IMG/VR virus record: IMGVR_UViG_3300032282_005433
Location: 462 to 64,461 of that record
Length of the DNA stretch: 64,000 nucleotides
Direction: 5' to 3' (one strand)
Origin: a virus
Lineage: Duplodnaviria > Caudoviricetes
In this document: positions 49,701-59,036 of the stretch, one piece after another
Position numbering within the stretch: the stretch's first letter is position 1
Layout: the number at the start of each line of letters is the position of its first letter
Notes under the pieces: model-generated
The model's database searches: none
Told to the model about the DNA's origin: nothing
Seen by the model: the letters and a program-made list of their open reading frames with translations, nothing else
Position numbers and translations under genes: made by a program

Positions 49701-51524
49701 CTTGATTCATCTTACCCAGCAGGAAGTCCTGCGGCTTTTATTCCTACTTCTGTTAATGGAGCATTAGGAGTTGTCACATCAACAGCAAATAATTTTTATA
49801 ATAGTAGTATAAACGCCGCTAAGTATGATATATCTGAAGACGTATCTGGAGGTTCTTATATTTATACGGATTTTGATAACGATAATCAAGTCACATATTA
49901 TGAGGTTGAATTTAGATATTTTACTCCAAACTTATATCCATCATTAAATGGCTCACCAATGTCAATTGAAAATAAAGTGACAAATGTAATGAGAAACGAT
50001 AGATTGCCATCGTCCGATGCTCTTAATGGACAAAGTTGGAATACCAATCCTGCATTATTACAACAAAATAATAATTTTAAATTTTATATAGTACCTGAGT
50101 TAGAACCTAATGCGACTGCTCCGGGATATGCGACAGGTGCGTCACAAGTGCAACCTGACCTTGAAGGACAACCATTGTCCGGTACTGTAATATCAAGTTT
50201 TTCTTGTGAAAATATGGTTGGTCTTAATTGTTATTCTGGTGATGGATATACTTTTGGTATTGAAGATAATTGTCCTGAAACTGATTCACTTGAGAGAGGA
50301 TGTTATGTATTTTTAAGGGACCCAATTAGTTTAATTAAAGATACTGTTAGAGATTTAAAGGCGTTTTCTGAGTGGGGATATAGATTTAGATTTTTTTATG
50401 GGTTATGTAGAGGTGTTCTTGCACAATCATTTATGAATAATTGGGTTAATGGAACATTGTATGCATTTCCAATACAGACAAATACATGGTATAATAAACA
50501 AAATCAACCATATACAACATATTGTACTGATTTAATTTATTTTGACAGTAAAACAACCAATTTTTATTATCGAAGTAGCCCGTATAAGTATTCTACAAAT
50601 GAATTTATTGGAAAAGAAGCTTTAGATTTTCGAGCAGTAAATAAAAAAAATCTTTTATTTCCAACAACAATTGTAAATTTAGGCGTAAAAGATTCGTTCT
50701 ATCAAGAAATAACTTTTGACCCATCAAATAAAGCTTATATTGTAGATAAACTAAATCCAACTAGTTATGGAGATAATTCTGATATTGTAAATTTATTTGT
50801 AACTTCAAGAATAGCAAATAGTTCATTTTTAAAAGAATTATTTGGTGCAGCAGACAATGCATTAAATCAATTATTTAGTAGAGATAATGTAAGTTTATTT
50901 AATCAATCAAGAAGAATTGATGGTGATTTGGCACAATTAATGTCTATAAATTCTGAAGTAGGTGTTATAAATTTTTCACCAGAATTTTATACAGGAAATA
51001 CTATGTATGTGGGTAGCAACGGAAATAGTGCTGTTATAGGTATTTACTTTTCATCAACAACAGAAAATCTACAACTTAAAGATTATTTAACACCAGGAAT
51101 AATAGATTTTAGAGGTGTTAATGGAACAGATTATTATCCATACCCATATGGAATTAAATCACAAGTAGTCCCTTTTTACAAATGGCAACTTGCCAATACC
51201 GCTACTCCTAAAATTTTTGGAACAGAATTAAATAATTGGGCAACAGATACTTTGGATATTGCAAAAGGAAAACAATATCAATCTTTAGATAGAACAATGG
51301 AACCGTACTTTTTAAGTAGTACAGTGCCAAATGAAACGTATAGAAGAGGGTATATTTTTAGTGTTGATAGTAACGGTAATTATAATGGTTACGCACCAGG
51401 TTCAAATAATGTTGTGATAAATTCTATATTTTTAGTTGGTGCTCCGTTTCATTTTTATTTTGGTGTAATAAAAGGAGAAAGTGCATTAGATAAATTTAAA
51501 ACAAAATATTCTATAGGTGAATAA
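46782..51524 (+). CDS. large baseplate-region protein with N-terminal prealbumin-like fold and internal hydrophobic segment
   Basis: GVVVGRV....G.GVPNA.ISVF...TN.SGDY.I.GVP.G; about 40 uncharged hydrophobic residues near aa 505-545; Cys clusters. Confidence 0.65.
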   Translation: MGQSYRIRTEQGINKTITVQIDQEFEFLEILSLKIQQADIYLRNCSDYGVVVGRVTANNGFGVPNARISVFIPIDAVDQSNPIITSIYPYKSPTDKNEDGYRYNLLPYEKSYSKHAATGTLPSRLDVLTGQTAIEIYDKYYKYTAKTNESGDYMIMGVPLGAQTLFMDIDLSDIGEFSLTPQDLIRMGLATETQVEGNQFSTSNDLNSLPQIISITKTLEVAPLWGDPSICQLAINRVDFDLRDDANINIQPTAVFMGSMFTSPDKFRIRNNCKPKDNMGNLCNLDTGPGQILAIRQTINQDSDGNPVLEQYQLEQSGNIIDGNGVWLTELPMNLEYVITNEFGEKVVSHDPSIGIPTKGKYRFKIKWQQPATLTEQTRRAYYLVPNVREYGWTNSSEDPNDDTNGNITIGQRNQLSSSYYFGLNWSGYTDGLSNNTEKNNKLDEIIDCQDTFYEFNFNKVYTVASLIDEYKNGGRGRFVGIKEIDNDDCSSTVNKFPTNDGFRNFDFLFFIFSLLLQLFQVIGIPILIVAHIVLFIYAILIFLLCKLCGIKIPVINVRPFQFICNLLNIKCQTQNFTVRLPMITYPECEACQCKDTNLISQAVGNGGDGVLSYFSYSSDYYVNLQSIIAVNEPDQENVINKALMYSQAIAGNGDNVSDLNLFKMPKSQVLNLPSDDNRYFVHSVDLPLGERINIFNTRDSYFSNEINKIQVTFAKDSNNGKIHFDNTITVIANAPFTSGDLLTSVDPATSSDLNFLYTAVTDNGVVQGITGITQTLPFQLPVEYATSQSSNSIPVLYQMPTGTTINRQLYPMDREYFQVITAITISEASKIWTTSSAQSLPDILNSSVSVIMRRHTNLGGKYKYHRTDTYKYSDVFADFGSQYIVILQRGVDPYSPKFNNEYGIGKILGKTNASDITITASTRVNIPIQKLNSTTKSVQTFTQNNVFYQSKFFTPGNGFSGFTSSSVGYYGALDSSYPAGSPAAFIPTSVNGALGVVTSTANNFYNSSINAAKYDISEDVSGGSYIYTDFDNDNQVTYYEVEFRYFTPNLYPSLNGSPMSIENKVTNVMRNDRLPSSDALNGQSWNTNPALLQQNNNFKFYIVPELEPNATAPGYATGASQVQPDLEGQPLSGTVISSFSCENMVGLNCYSGDGYTFGIEDNCPETDSLERGCYVFLRDPISLIKDTVRDLKAFSEWGYRFRFFYGLCRGVLAQSFMNNWVNGTLYAFPIQTNTWYNKQNQPYTTYCTDLIYFDSKTTNFYYRSSPYKYSTNEFIGKEALDFRAVNKKNLLFPTTIVNLGVKDSFYQEITFDPSNKAYIVDKLNPTSYGDNSDIVNLFVTSRIANSSFLKELFGAADNALNQLFSRDNVSLFNQSRRIDGDLAQLMSINSEVGVINFSPEFYTGNTMYVGSNGNSAVIGIYFSSTTENLQLKDYLTPGIIDFRGVNGTDYYPYPYGIKSQVVPFYKWQLANTATPKIFGTELNNWATDTLDIAKGKQYQSLDRTMEPYFLSSTVPNETYRRGYIFSVDSNGNYNGYAPGSNNVVINSIFLVGAPFHFYFGVIKGESALDKFKTKYSIGE

Positions 51525-53208
51525 CTATACAATCATACCGAGTAGTCTTAAATACAAAGCGGCACCATCTGTCGACCAAGAAATTTCAATTTCATTGGAA
51601 GAGAAAAGTCAGCAGATGATTGAGTATGATAGGAGTTCTACAGTTAGTTTGGCGCAAGTATTTGATGATGAAAGACAAGGGTCTATGATGTTTAGGCCAA
51701 CATTTAAAATAACATATTTATATGATAATGTTTATACTGGAACAACCAACTATCTACCATTCCAATATAATCTATATTATGTTAATCCTGAAACATCTAA
51801 GTCTAGTGGTACTTGGAAAGGATATCCGCAGTATTATGAGTTTGATTTTTTTAGACCCGATATAAAAGACCAGCATATTGTGTATAAGGCTAAAAGCGCT
51901 TATACGTATAATTGGACATATTACTTAAGTTATCCTTATAAAAATAATTACGATAAAAAATTATTTACCGTAATTAATAGTATTGGTCAATGGACAGCAT
52001 CGGAAGGAATTCCATTTTCAATAAATAACTCAACTCAAAATGGGAATGGGTTAATATCGTTTGAATGTATTTCTCCTCACGGTCTTAGTGTTGGTGAGTA
52101 TGTTGAATTATCAATATTTTATAATACAACTAATTTATTTCAAGTTAACTCGTTAGGTAATGATAGTTTTGGTAGTGGTGTGTATGTGTTTAATATTTTT
52201 AATATTGGATATACAGGAACCACATTTTCAAATGGTGTTACAGGTACATTTAAAAGGGTAATAAATCCTGACAATTTGATTGAGACAAAATCTAAATATT
52301 ATGTTAGAGAACATAAGATTTTAACAAACGCTAATGATGTTGTAATGACTAAAGACGGGTTTGAAAAAAATGTGTTTAATGAAAGTAAAAAATTTGAATA
52401 TAGTTCTATAACACCAAATAACATATCTAGAATATCTCAAAAAAATAGTAGTAATGCGTATAATATAACAACAAACTATGATGTTAATTTAAAGGGGATT
52501 ATAGATAATCAAAAAAGACCAATAAGCGAATTATTTCTTACAATAATAAATAAAGGATATTCAGGATATTTTAATAACCCAAATCATGGTGTTGGTATTA
52601 AACAAGGGTGGGAATTTAATCTTGGAAAAACAACAAATTCTTGGTGGGATTCTAATACTGAAGGTTCCAATACCAATATACCCGTATCATCATATATTTT
52701 AACGAGTGGAGTAACACAAACTTTTTATTATAATAATGATTTAAAAATCGGAGATGTTGTTGATGGGGACTTTTGTGAGTGGAATGATTACGAACAAATT
52801 GAAAGAGTGGTTTCACCATATTATCAAAAAATAAAATATAACCAATTAGTATTTCAAACAAGTGATGCAAATGATACTAATTCGCCAGGGTATTATTATG
52901 AACCGCATCATCCAATGACTATAAGAGTTTTTTCTGATTATATAGAAACTGGTGATGTAGGGTTTGTTGATGAAATTCCTAGTTGGTCTTATTACTCAAG
53001 TTCGGACCAACAATTTAGATGGAGAGATTTATATACATATGGATTTATTGATAATTTAGGTAGAGGTGTTGATTATCCATTTTTGAATGGTGCTCAATAT
53101 CCTTATGAAAATGCGTTTTTTAGATTAATACCTGAAGGAATAAACTACAATTCCAATTTACTTGGAACTGGAATACCTGTTAAACCACTTATCGATGGAT
53201 GCGATTAA
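51517..53208 (+). CDS. putative virion structural protein
   Basis: 563 aa, GTG start overlapping the upstream stop; Asn/Tyr/Ser/Thr-rich; WRDLY.YGF.D..G.GVDYPF.NG near the C-terminus. Confidence 0.6.
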   Translation: MNNYTIIPSSLKYKAAPSVDQEISISLEEKSQQMIEYDRSSTVSLAQVFDDERQGSMMFRPTFKITYLYDNVYTGTTNYLPFQYNLYYVNPETSKSSGTWKGYPQYYEFDFFRPDIKDQHIVYKAKSAYTYNWTYYLSYPYKNNYDKKLFTVINSIGQWTASEGIPFSINNSTQNGNGLISFECISPHGLSVGEYVELSIFYNTTNLFQVNSLGNDSFGSGVYVFNIFNIGYTGTTFSNGVTGTFKRVINPDNLIETKSKYYVREHKILTNANDVVMTKDGFEKNVFNESKKFEYSSITPNNISRISQKNSSNAYNITTNYDVNLKGIIDNQKRPISELFLTIINKGYSGYFNNPNHGVGIKQGWEFNLGKTTNSWWDSNTEGSNTNIPVSSYILTSGVTQTFYYNNDLKIGDVVDGDFCEWNDYEQIERVVSPYYQKIKYNQLVFQTSDANDTNSPGYYYEPHHPMTIRVFSDYIETGDVGFVDEIPSWSYYSSSDQQFRWRDLYTYGFIDNLGRGVDYPFLNGAQYPYENAFFRLIPEGINYNSNLLGTGIPVKPLIDGCD

Positions 53209-54019
53209 TTTTGTAATAAAAAAAGATGCTTTTGTTAATAAACAAGTTAACATACCAATAAATTTAAGTTGGGATTATCTTGGAATAGAACAAAGTATTA
53301 ATGAATATGAAACTGAGGTTATTAAAGATGTTGTTGGTATTGGAAGAGATTTCGAGGTCGATAGATTTGCGAATGCCCCCTCAACAGGAATTACAGAATC
53401 AACAGAATTAAATTATGAATTTTATTTTTATTCTGGTGGTTCATTAGACGACAGAGCAAATTGGAGAAATGATTATCGAAGTGAAGGATTTACAACTCAA
53501 GAAGTTTTTTATTATACCAATAATTTTTCTAATTCTTTTTTTAAGTTAGACTTATATGATACTGTTGATGATAAAAAACAAACAAATTATATAACTCTTA
53601 TAATACCAACACAACAAGGATTGAAGATGGATACAATGATGCAAAGAACTCCAGTTTCAATAAACAAACCAAAATTTGTATTAAATTATGTTGGAGATAA
53701 AGAAGGGTTTTTTATTTATTGGTTAAAGAAAAGAACTTTTTTGGATATTAAAACTTTTTACATGACAGCTAAGTTTTATAATGCAAAAGACGGAACATTT
53801 ATAAAAATGATGAACACGCCACAATCTGAAATTTCTGGCAACAAATATTCTTTTGATAGTAGTTCTTATTTTTATTATCAAGTTGATTTGGATTATGATA
53901 ATCGTGAATATCAAGTTTTAAATATAAATCCCTATACTGCGGATTATCACCAATTTGGTGAAAGGGCTGGAACACCAGAACCCATAAAATGGTATGAATA
54001 TGTTAACCCCCCACGATAA
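53195..54019 (+). CDS. putative virion structural protein
   Basis: ATG at 53195 (MDAINFVIK) preferred over the TTG at 53162; in the baseplate operon. Confidence 0.6.
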   Translation: MDAINFVIKKDAFVNKQVNIPINLSWDYLGIEQSINEYETEVIKDVVGIGRDFEVDRFANAPSTGITESTELNYEFYFYSGGSLDDRANWRNDYRSEGFTTQEVFYYTNNFSNSFFKLDLYDTVDDKKQTNYITLIIPTQQGLKMDTMMQRTPVSINKPKFVLNYVGDKEGFFIYWLKKRTFLDIKTFYMTAKFYNAKDGTFIKMMNTPQSEISGNKYSFDSSSYFYYQVDLDYDNREYQVLNINPYTADYHQFGERAGTPEPIKWYEYVNPPR

Positions 54020-55098
54020 TGGATTATTATAATATTATAGTATCGCCAGAAAATATTGCAGGAGATTTATTTCTTGTTGATTATAATGGAACTGAAGTAG
54101 GTGTTTATTCTGCCATGACGCAAGTATTAACGGGTGGACCAAATGGTAGTTCATTATTAACAGGATTAACTGTGCCGATATTGATAACTCAAACGGCAAT
54201 TGATGCTGGGTATTATAGTCCTTTTGATGGTGCGGTATTACAAAAAGATGTTGTCGCCAATTTTATATTTTCTGCAACAACGGGAGACCCATACACTTAT
54301 TATGTATATAACACGTCAAGTGATTTTCAAAAGTTTCTTGACTTGTCGGCATATTTTATTGATTGGGGAGATGGTACTCCTAAAGAAGCTATTACAACGT
54401 ATGCCCCTAATTCAATCAGTCATTCATATTCTCAATCGTCTACACAATATACTATAACATTAGAACAGACAAATCCTTGGGGAGTGACTAGGGTGTCAAA
54501 AACGGTACCAACACCATTTGAGAATGTTGTCATATATAATCCTAATGGTGAAGCCCTTTTTGTTCCTGCGGGTGGTAATTGGTCTGGTACTCCGGTATCA
54601 TACGATTATATTTTTTCTGGGGATGCTGTTAATGAGGTCGCACCTCAAACATCAATAAATTATGTTTCGGTTCCATTTACTATATCAGGAATAACAAAAT
54701 CAAGAATAACTGAATTAGCTCTTTATGGAACACCAAAATATCAAGTCGGAACTCCTGTTATTGCAAACAATCAAATATGGGGAACTATTACTGACATGTC
54801 ACCAATTTTTACTGCGTATACAATTACTGGTATTGATTACTATGATTATGTTGACGGTATAACAATATTTTTCCAACAATCTTCAGGATTAACTGATAAT
54901 AATTTAACTGCGGTACCAATCACAAAGGAAGAGGTTTTATTGAAAGTAATGGACCAGCCACAGATACAGACAAATGTTTATATAGAAAGAGGTAAGAATT
55001 CTGCTTATGAAAGAATAATGAGATTGGGTGAAGTTGATAATTTGGGAGATATGGTAAACTACGGGTATGGTTTTTTTAATGTTGAAAAAAGGAACTAA
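54019..55098 (+). CDS. putative virion protein with PKD-like domain
   Basis: IDWGDGT....H.Y....QYTITL...N.WG; TAATG coupling to the upstream gene. Confidence 0.65.
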   Translation: MDYYNIIVSPENIAGDLFLVDYNGTEVGVYSAMTQVLTGGPNGSSLLTGLTVPILITQTAIDAGYYSPFDGAVLQKDVVANFIFSATTGDPYTYYVYNTSSDFQKFLDLSAYFIDWGDGTPKEAITTYAPNSISHSYSQSSTQYTITLEQTNPWGVTRVSKTVPTPFENVVIYNPNGEALFVPAGGNWSGTPVSYDYIFSGDAVNEVAPQTSINYVSVPFTISGITKSRITELALYGTPKYQVGTPVIANNQIWGTITDMSPIFTAYTITGIDYYDYVDGITIFFQQSSGLTDNNLTAVPITKEEVLLKVMDQPQIQTNVYIERGKNSAYERIMRLGEVDNLGDMVNYGYGFFNVEKRN

Positions 55099-55100
55099 AG

Positions 55101-55113
55101 TATTTATAGTATA
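55101..55113 (+). promoter_or_regulatory. TATTTATAGTATA upstream motif
   Basis: Identical to 21458-21470. Confidence 0.6.
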
Positions 55114-55147
55114 TAATAAAAAAATAATAGAAATTAAATTATAAAAA

Positions 55148-56056
55148 ATGGCAATTGGAGCATACGGAACGATAAGACCATCAGATGTTAGTCCTGCTGA
55201 TGTTGAGATTATAATGAATTATACTCCAACAAGGGACGTTACTGATGCATTTGTATTAACTAAATTAGATTCTCAAACAATTTTAAAACCGTATTTCAAT
55301 AATACTGAAACAGGTGGAAATGCTGGTGTGGAAGTTTTGGGAGGATTGTATAATTTAACATTACCTGCAGAACAATTTAACGCTCTTGGAATATACACAC
55401 TATATTTAAGACCAGCACAAATAAGGACGATAATTACGGATTGTGGAGTTTTGAGTGCATTACCAAATGTAAAAGGAATTGTTATTGATTTAACTAATGT
55501 TCCTGTTGAATATCAAAATAAATTTGTTCCTCAGGGATTGGTTGGATTTAGAATTGAGTATTTGAATACTGACGGGTCAAAGATACCAAATTTCTTTAGA
55601 GTTGTTACATCTTGTTTCTATTGTGAGCCAGTGGTTACCAATGAAGTTAACACAACACAGAAAGCCATAAGATATAGATATATTGATGGAAATTCTAATT
55701 TATTGTTTTTAACATTATCACCATCTTCATCACCAACAAACAAACCTAACGCAACTCCATATATTGGGCAACCTAGCCAAAGTATAATAATATCAAACAC
55801 ATATTTTAATCCAATTACTTTGGAAATTGAAATGGTTGAAAATGATATTTCAACATTGGCAATCGCTCTTTACGGTAACCAAACTAAATCTATTGATGAC
55901 GGAATATATACAATTTATGACGCTCAAGATAACATTTACAAACAATACAACTTGTATGAAATCAGAGACCAATTTAATGCATTATTATATGAGGTTAGAC
56001 AAAGCAGAGGCAATAATATAGATTTTAGTAAGAACTTTACAAACATAACAAGTTAA
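55148..56056 (+). CDS. putative baseplate structural protein
   Basis: 302-aa beta-rich ORF coupled (TAATG) to the next gene. Confidence 0.6.
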   Translation: MAIGAYGTIRPSDVSPADVEIIMNYTPTRDVTDAFVLTKLDSQTILKPYFNNTETGGNAGVEVLGGLYNLTLPAEQFNALGIYTLYLRPAQIRTIITDCGVLSALPNVKGIVIDLTNVPVEYQNKFVPQGLVGFRIEYLNTDGSKIPNFFRVVTSCFYCEPVVTNEVNTTQKAIRYRYIDGNSNLLFLTLSPSSSPTNKPNATPYIGQPSQSIIISNTYFNPITLEIEMVENDISTLAIALYGNQTKSIDDGIYTIYDAQDNIYKQYNLYEIRDQFNALLYEVRQSRGNNIDFSKNFTNITS

Positions 56057-59034
56057 TGGCAACATCAAGAAGTAAATATTTTTATCCGCCGAGACCAGGA
56101 AGTGGTGCCGGAACATTTTCCGACAACATAGTTGGTTTACAAACTGTTGAGGGTGGTGGACTTACGCAGGGTAATTTTGAATTTACTACAGGAGTAACTG
56201 AAAAAGTTAATAGACATTTTAATGTTGGGGCTTTTTCTGAGCCAATGACTTTAGATGGAATGAACATTGAAGACTTGGCGGAAAGTCGAAGAATAATGGC
56301 AACACAGTTTAGGGTTTATCCAAACTATGATGTATCACAAGTTCTTAACTTTTCAATGTATGGTTCGTTATCTAAAAGATTTAGCGTATCAGTAACAAAA
56401 ATAATAAATTTTTTTCCAGCATCATTAGATGTTGTTTATAGTAGTCTTGATTATACAACAGGAAACACCGCAACAAACATAGTATACAATAGTAATTTAG
56501 ATGAAACATATTTTGAAATAAATGTTAGCAGGATTCTTAATCCGTTTGACATTGATTATTCAGTTAGTGCAACAACTAATTTATCAATCAGAGAAATTAC
56601 AACATCACCTTATAGAAATTTATATAACACTTATTTGGATTATTGTATTAGTATTGACGATAACATATTTAAAGTATTATCGTTTCAACCATCAGAAACA
56701 TTAAGTAGTGGATATATTGCTTTTTATGTTTCAGGTGCTCCGTTTGGAACATCTGCAACAACATCCAGTGATGATTATCAAGTAAGACCAAATGATTTTG
56801 TAGTTGATAGAGTATTTTCTGAAGATTTTGATGAGGTTGAAAAATTTTTGGTAAACAGGTTAGTAAGACCTGAATATACTGCGGTTTTTCAAATTCCACA
56901 ACAAAACGAATATGGTCAATTCTATACAGAATATGCGCAAGTTACATGGCCTAAAGACGGTACGTGGAATTTAGATATTAGGTCATTTTTATTTGACGAC
57001 TATTTAACACAATTACAAGATATTGCAGAAAATCTCGATTCATTTAAAACAAATTTAATTTCAAGATTTTTAATAACTGGCGCTTTAAAAGATTTTGACA
57101 CATTAGGACAAAAAGCTGAAAAGATATTTCAAATATATGGTAGAAGTTTTGACCAAATAAAACAATTTATTGATGGGTTAGCTTACATGAATTCAGTAAA
57201 CTATAATCCGTCTAATGATATTCCATCACAACTGCTTGCCAATTTATCTCAAACATTAGGATGGAGTTCTAATTTTTCTCCAATAACAAATGACGACTTT
57301 TTAAGTTCTGTTTTTGGAAATACCTCAACACCAACATATCCGGGATATGCAAGAGCTTTAACACCAACAGAATTAAATTATCAATATTATAGAAACTTAA
57401 TATTGAATTCGGCATATTTGTTTAAATCTAAAGGAACAAGAAGGTCAATAGAGTTTCTTATGAGACTTATTGGGGCTCCCGATTCTTTAATTGAATATAA
57501 TGAACACATTTATTTGGCCGACCAAAAAATAAATTTAGACCAATTTTATACACAATATGCACAAATATCGGGAGGGACTTACGTAGACGAATCCCCAAGT
57601 TATTTACAAAATGACACATTTAAAGTTAAAGGTCAATTATTTACGGCATTTACGTCTACATCAGTTTATCAAAACGTAACAATAAGACTTCCTGATTATC
57701 CAATGGATGCCGAAGGATATCCAAAGGCTCCATTAAATACAGAAACGTATTTTTTCCAAATAGGTGCAGGTTGGTATGAAACAACTCCATCACACAGAAG
57801 TCCAGATGAAGTCCAATTAACCGGACTTGTATATACAGGACAAAATTATAGTATACAAACACAATTAACACCTTTCACATATGGTCAAACTTATCTAAAT
57901 AGGTATAGATATTTTCCATACATGACAGAAGGGTTTAAATTAAGAAAAATTGTTGATAACAATAAATCTTGGTTAGCAACAGATGATAAAATAAGAGTAT
58001 CAACACAAGGTGATTATAACGCATATTATTTTGTGGATAATGAAAAGTTAGTATTAAATGTTAAAAATATTGATTTGTTTTTAAATCCGGCTCAAGGTCT
58101 TGTATATGACGTTTGGGATGAATCGAGAAGATATGATTATCCAATACCTGAAAGTGGACTTACGGTTAACTACCCAGTTCCTGGAGGAGTTGATTCTACA
58201 TATATTAAACCAAACCCTAAGAAAAAAACATTTTTTGAATTTACCCAAACTTTTTGGGAGAATATGATTAATGTTAGAAATCGTCAATATATTACTGATG
58301 GTAAAACTGGAGGATATCCAACCCTACAATCTATTTTTTGGAAATACATTCAATCCGAAGAAACAGTTGGATTACCTAATAACAAATACACTTATCAAAA
58401 ATTAATTGATTATGTGAATGGTATTGGTCCATATTGGATGAAGTTGGTAGAACAAATGATACCAGCAACAACAATATGGAATGGAGGAGTAAAGTTTGAA
58501 AATTCAATTTTTCATAGACAAAAATTTGTTTATAGAAGACAAAGAGGATGTCAGTTTATTCCGGTTCCTGTCGACCCTTGTTATATAATATCAAACATTT
58601 TTGACTATGCATGTTCTACTGAATATGTTGATTTTAATATATATCCTTGGTTAAATGGGGATGTTACTGTTTCAAATTTCAGTAGTATCTTATACAATAG
58701 AGTTAATAATTTATTAACATCTAGTGGGTTAACATTAAACCAATGTAATCAAAATTCTGTGGCAACTGATTGGTATGTTGATTTGAGAATTGATAATGAA
58801 ATTATAATTCAACAACAATTTTATACAGGATATGGGATTAACGATGTCCCAACAAACATACAATGGAGAACGGCTTTGATTAATTATTTACCAAATTTAT
58901 ATGAGTATGGTTTTACTTATTTCCTTAATGGTAATATGTTAACTATAACTAGCCTAACATGTGACCCAAGGTACATTAATGAAACACTTTGTTTAAATGT
59001 TGGAATAAATATAGATATAAATTGTAACAAATAA
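56056..59034 (+). CDS. baseplate wedge protein (T4 gp7/P2 gpI-like motif)
   Basis: YGR.FD....ID, P..LL..L...LGW and YLFKSKGTR.SIEFL.RLIG patterns. Confidence 0.6.
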   Translation: MATSRSKYFYPPRPGSGAGTFSDNIVGLQTVEGGGLTQGNFEFTTGVTEKVNRHFNVGAFSEPMTLDGMNIEDLAESRRIMATQFRVYPNYDVSQVLNFSMYGSLSKRFSVSVTKIINFFPASLDVVYSSLDYTTGNTATNIVYNSNLDETYFEINVSRILNPFDIDYSVSATTNLSIREITTSPYRNLYNTYLDYCISIDDNIFKVLSFQPSETLSSGYIAFYVSGAPFGTSATTSSDDYQVRPNDFVVDRVFSEDFDEVEKFLVNRLVRPEYTAVFQIPQQNEYGQFYTEYAQVTWPKDGTWNLDIRSFLFDDYLTQLQDIAENLDSFKTNLISRFLITGALKDFDTLGQKAEKIFQIYGRSFDQIKQFIDGLAYMNSVNYNPSNDIPSQLLANLSQTLGWSSNFSPITNDDFLSSVFGNTSTPTYPGYARALTPTELNYQYYRNLILNSAYLFKSKGTRRSIEFLMRLIGAPDSLIEYNEHIYLADQKINLDQFYTQYAQISGGTYVDESPSYLQNDTFKVKGQLFTAFTSTSVYQNVTIRLPDYPMDAEGYPKAPLNTETYFFQIGAGWYETTPSHRSPDEVQLTGLVYTGQNYSIQTQLTPFTYGQTYLNRYRYFPYMTEGFKLRKIVDNNKSWLATDDKIRVSTQGDYNAYYFVDNEKLVLNVKNIDLFLNPAQGLVYDVWDESRRYDYPIPESGLTVNYPVPGGVDSTYIKPNPKKKTFFEFTQTFWENMINVRNRQYITDGKTGGYPTLQSIFWKYIQSEETVGLPNNKYTYQKLIDYVNGIGPYWMKLVEQMIPATTIWNGGVKFENSIFHRQKFVYRRQRGCQFIPVPVDPCYIISNIFDYACSTEYVDFNIYPWLNGDVTVSNFSSILYNRVNNLLTSSGLTLNQCNQNSVATDWYVDLRIDNEIIIQQQFYTGYGINDVPTNIQWRTALINYLPNLYEYGFTYFLNGNMLTITSLTCDPRYINETLCLNVGINIDINCNK

Positions 59035-59036
59035 AA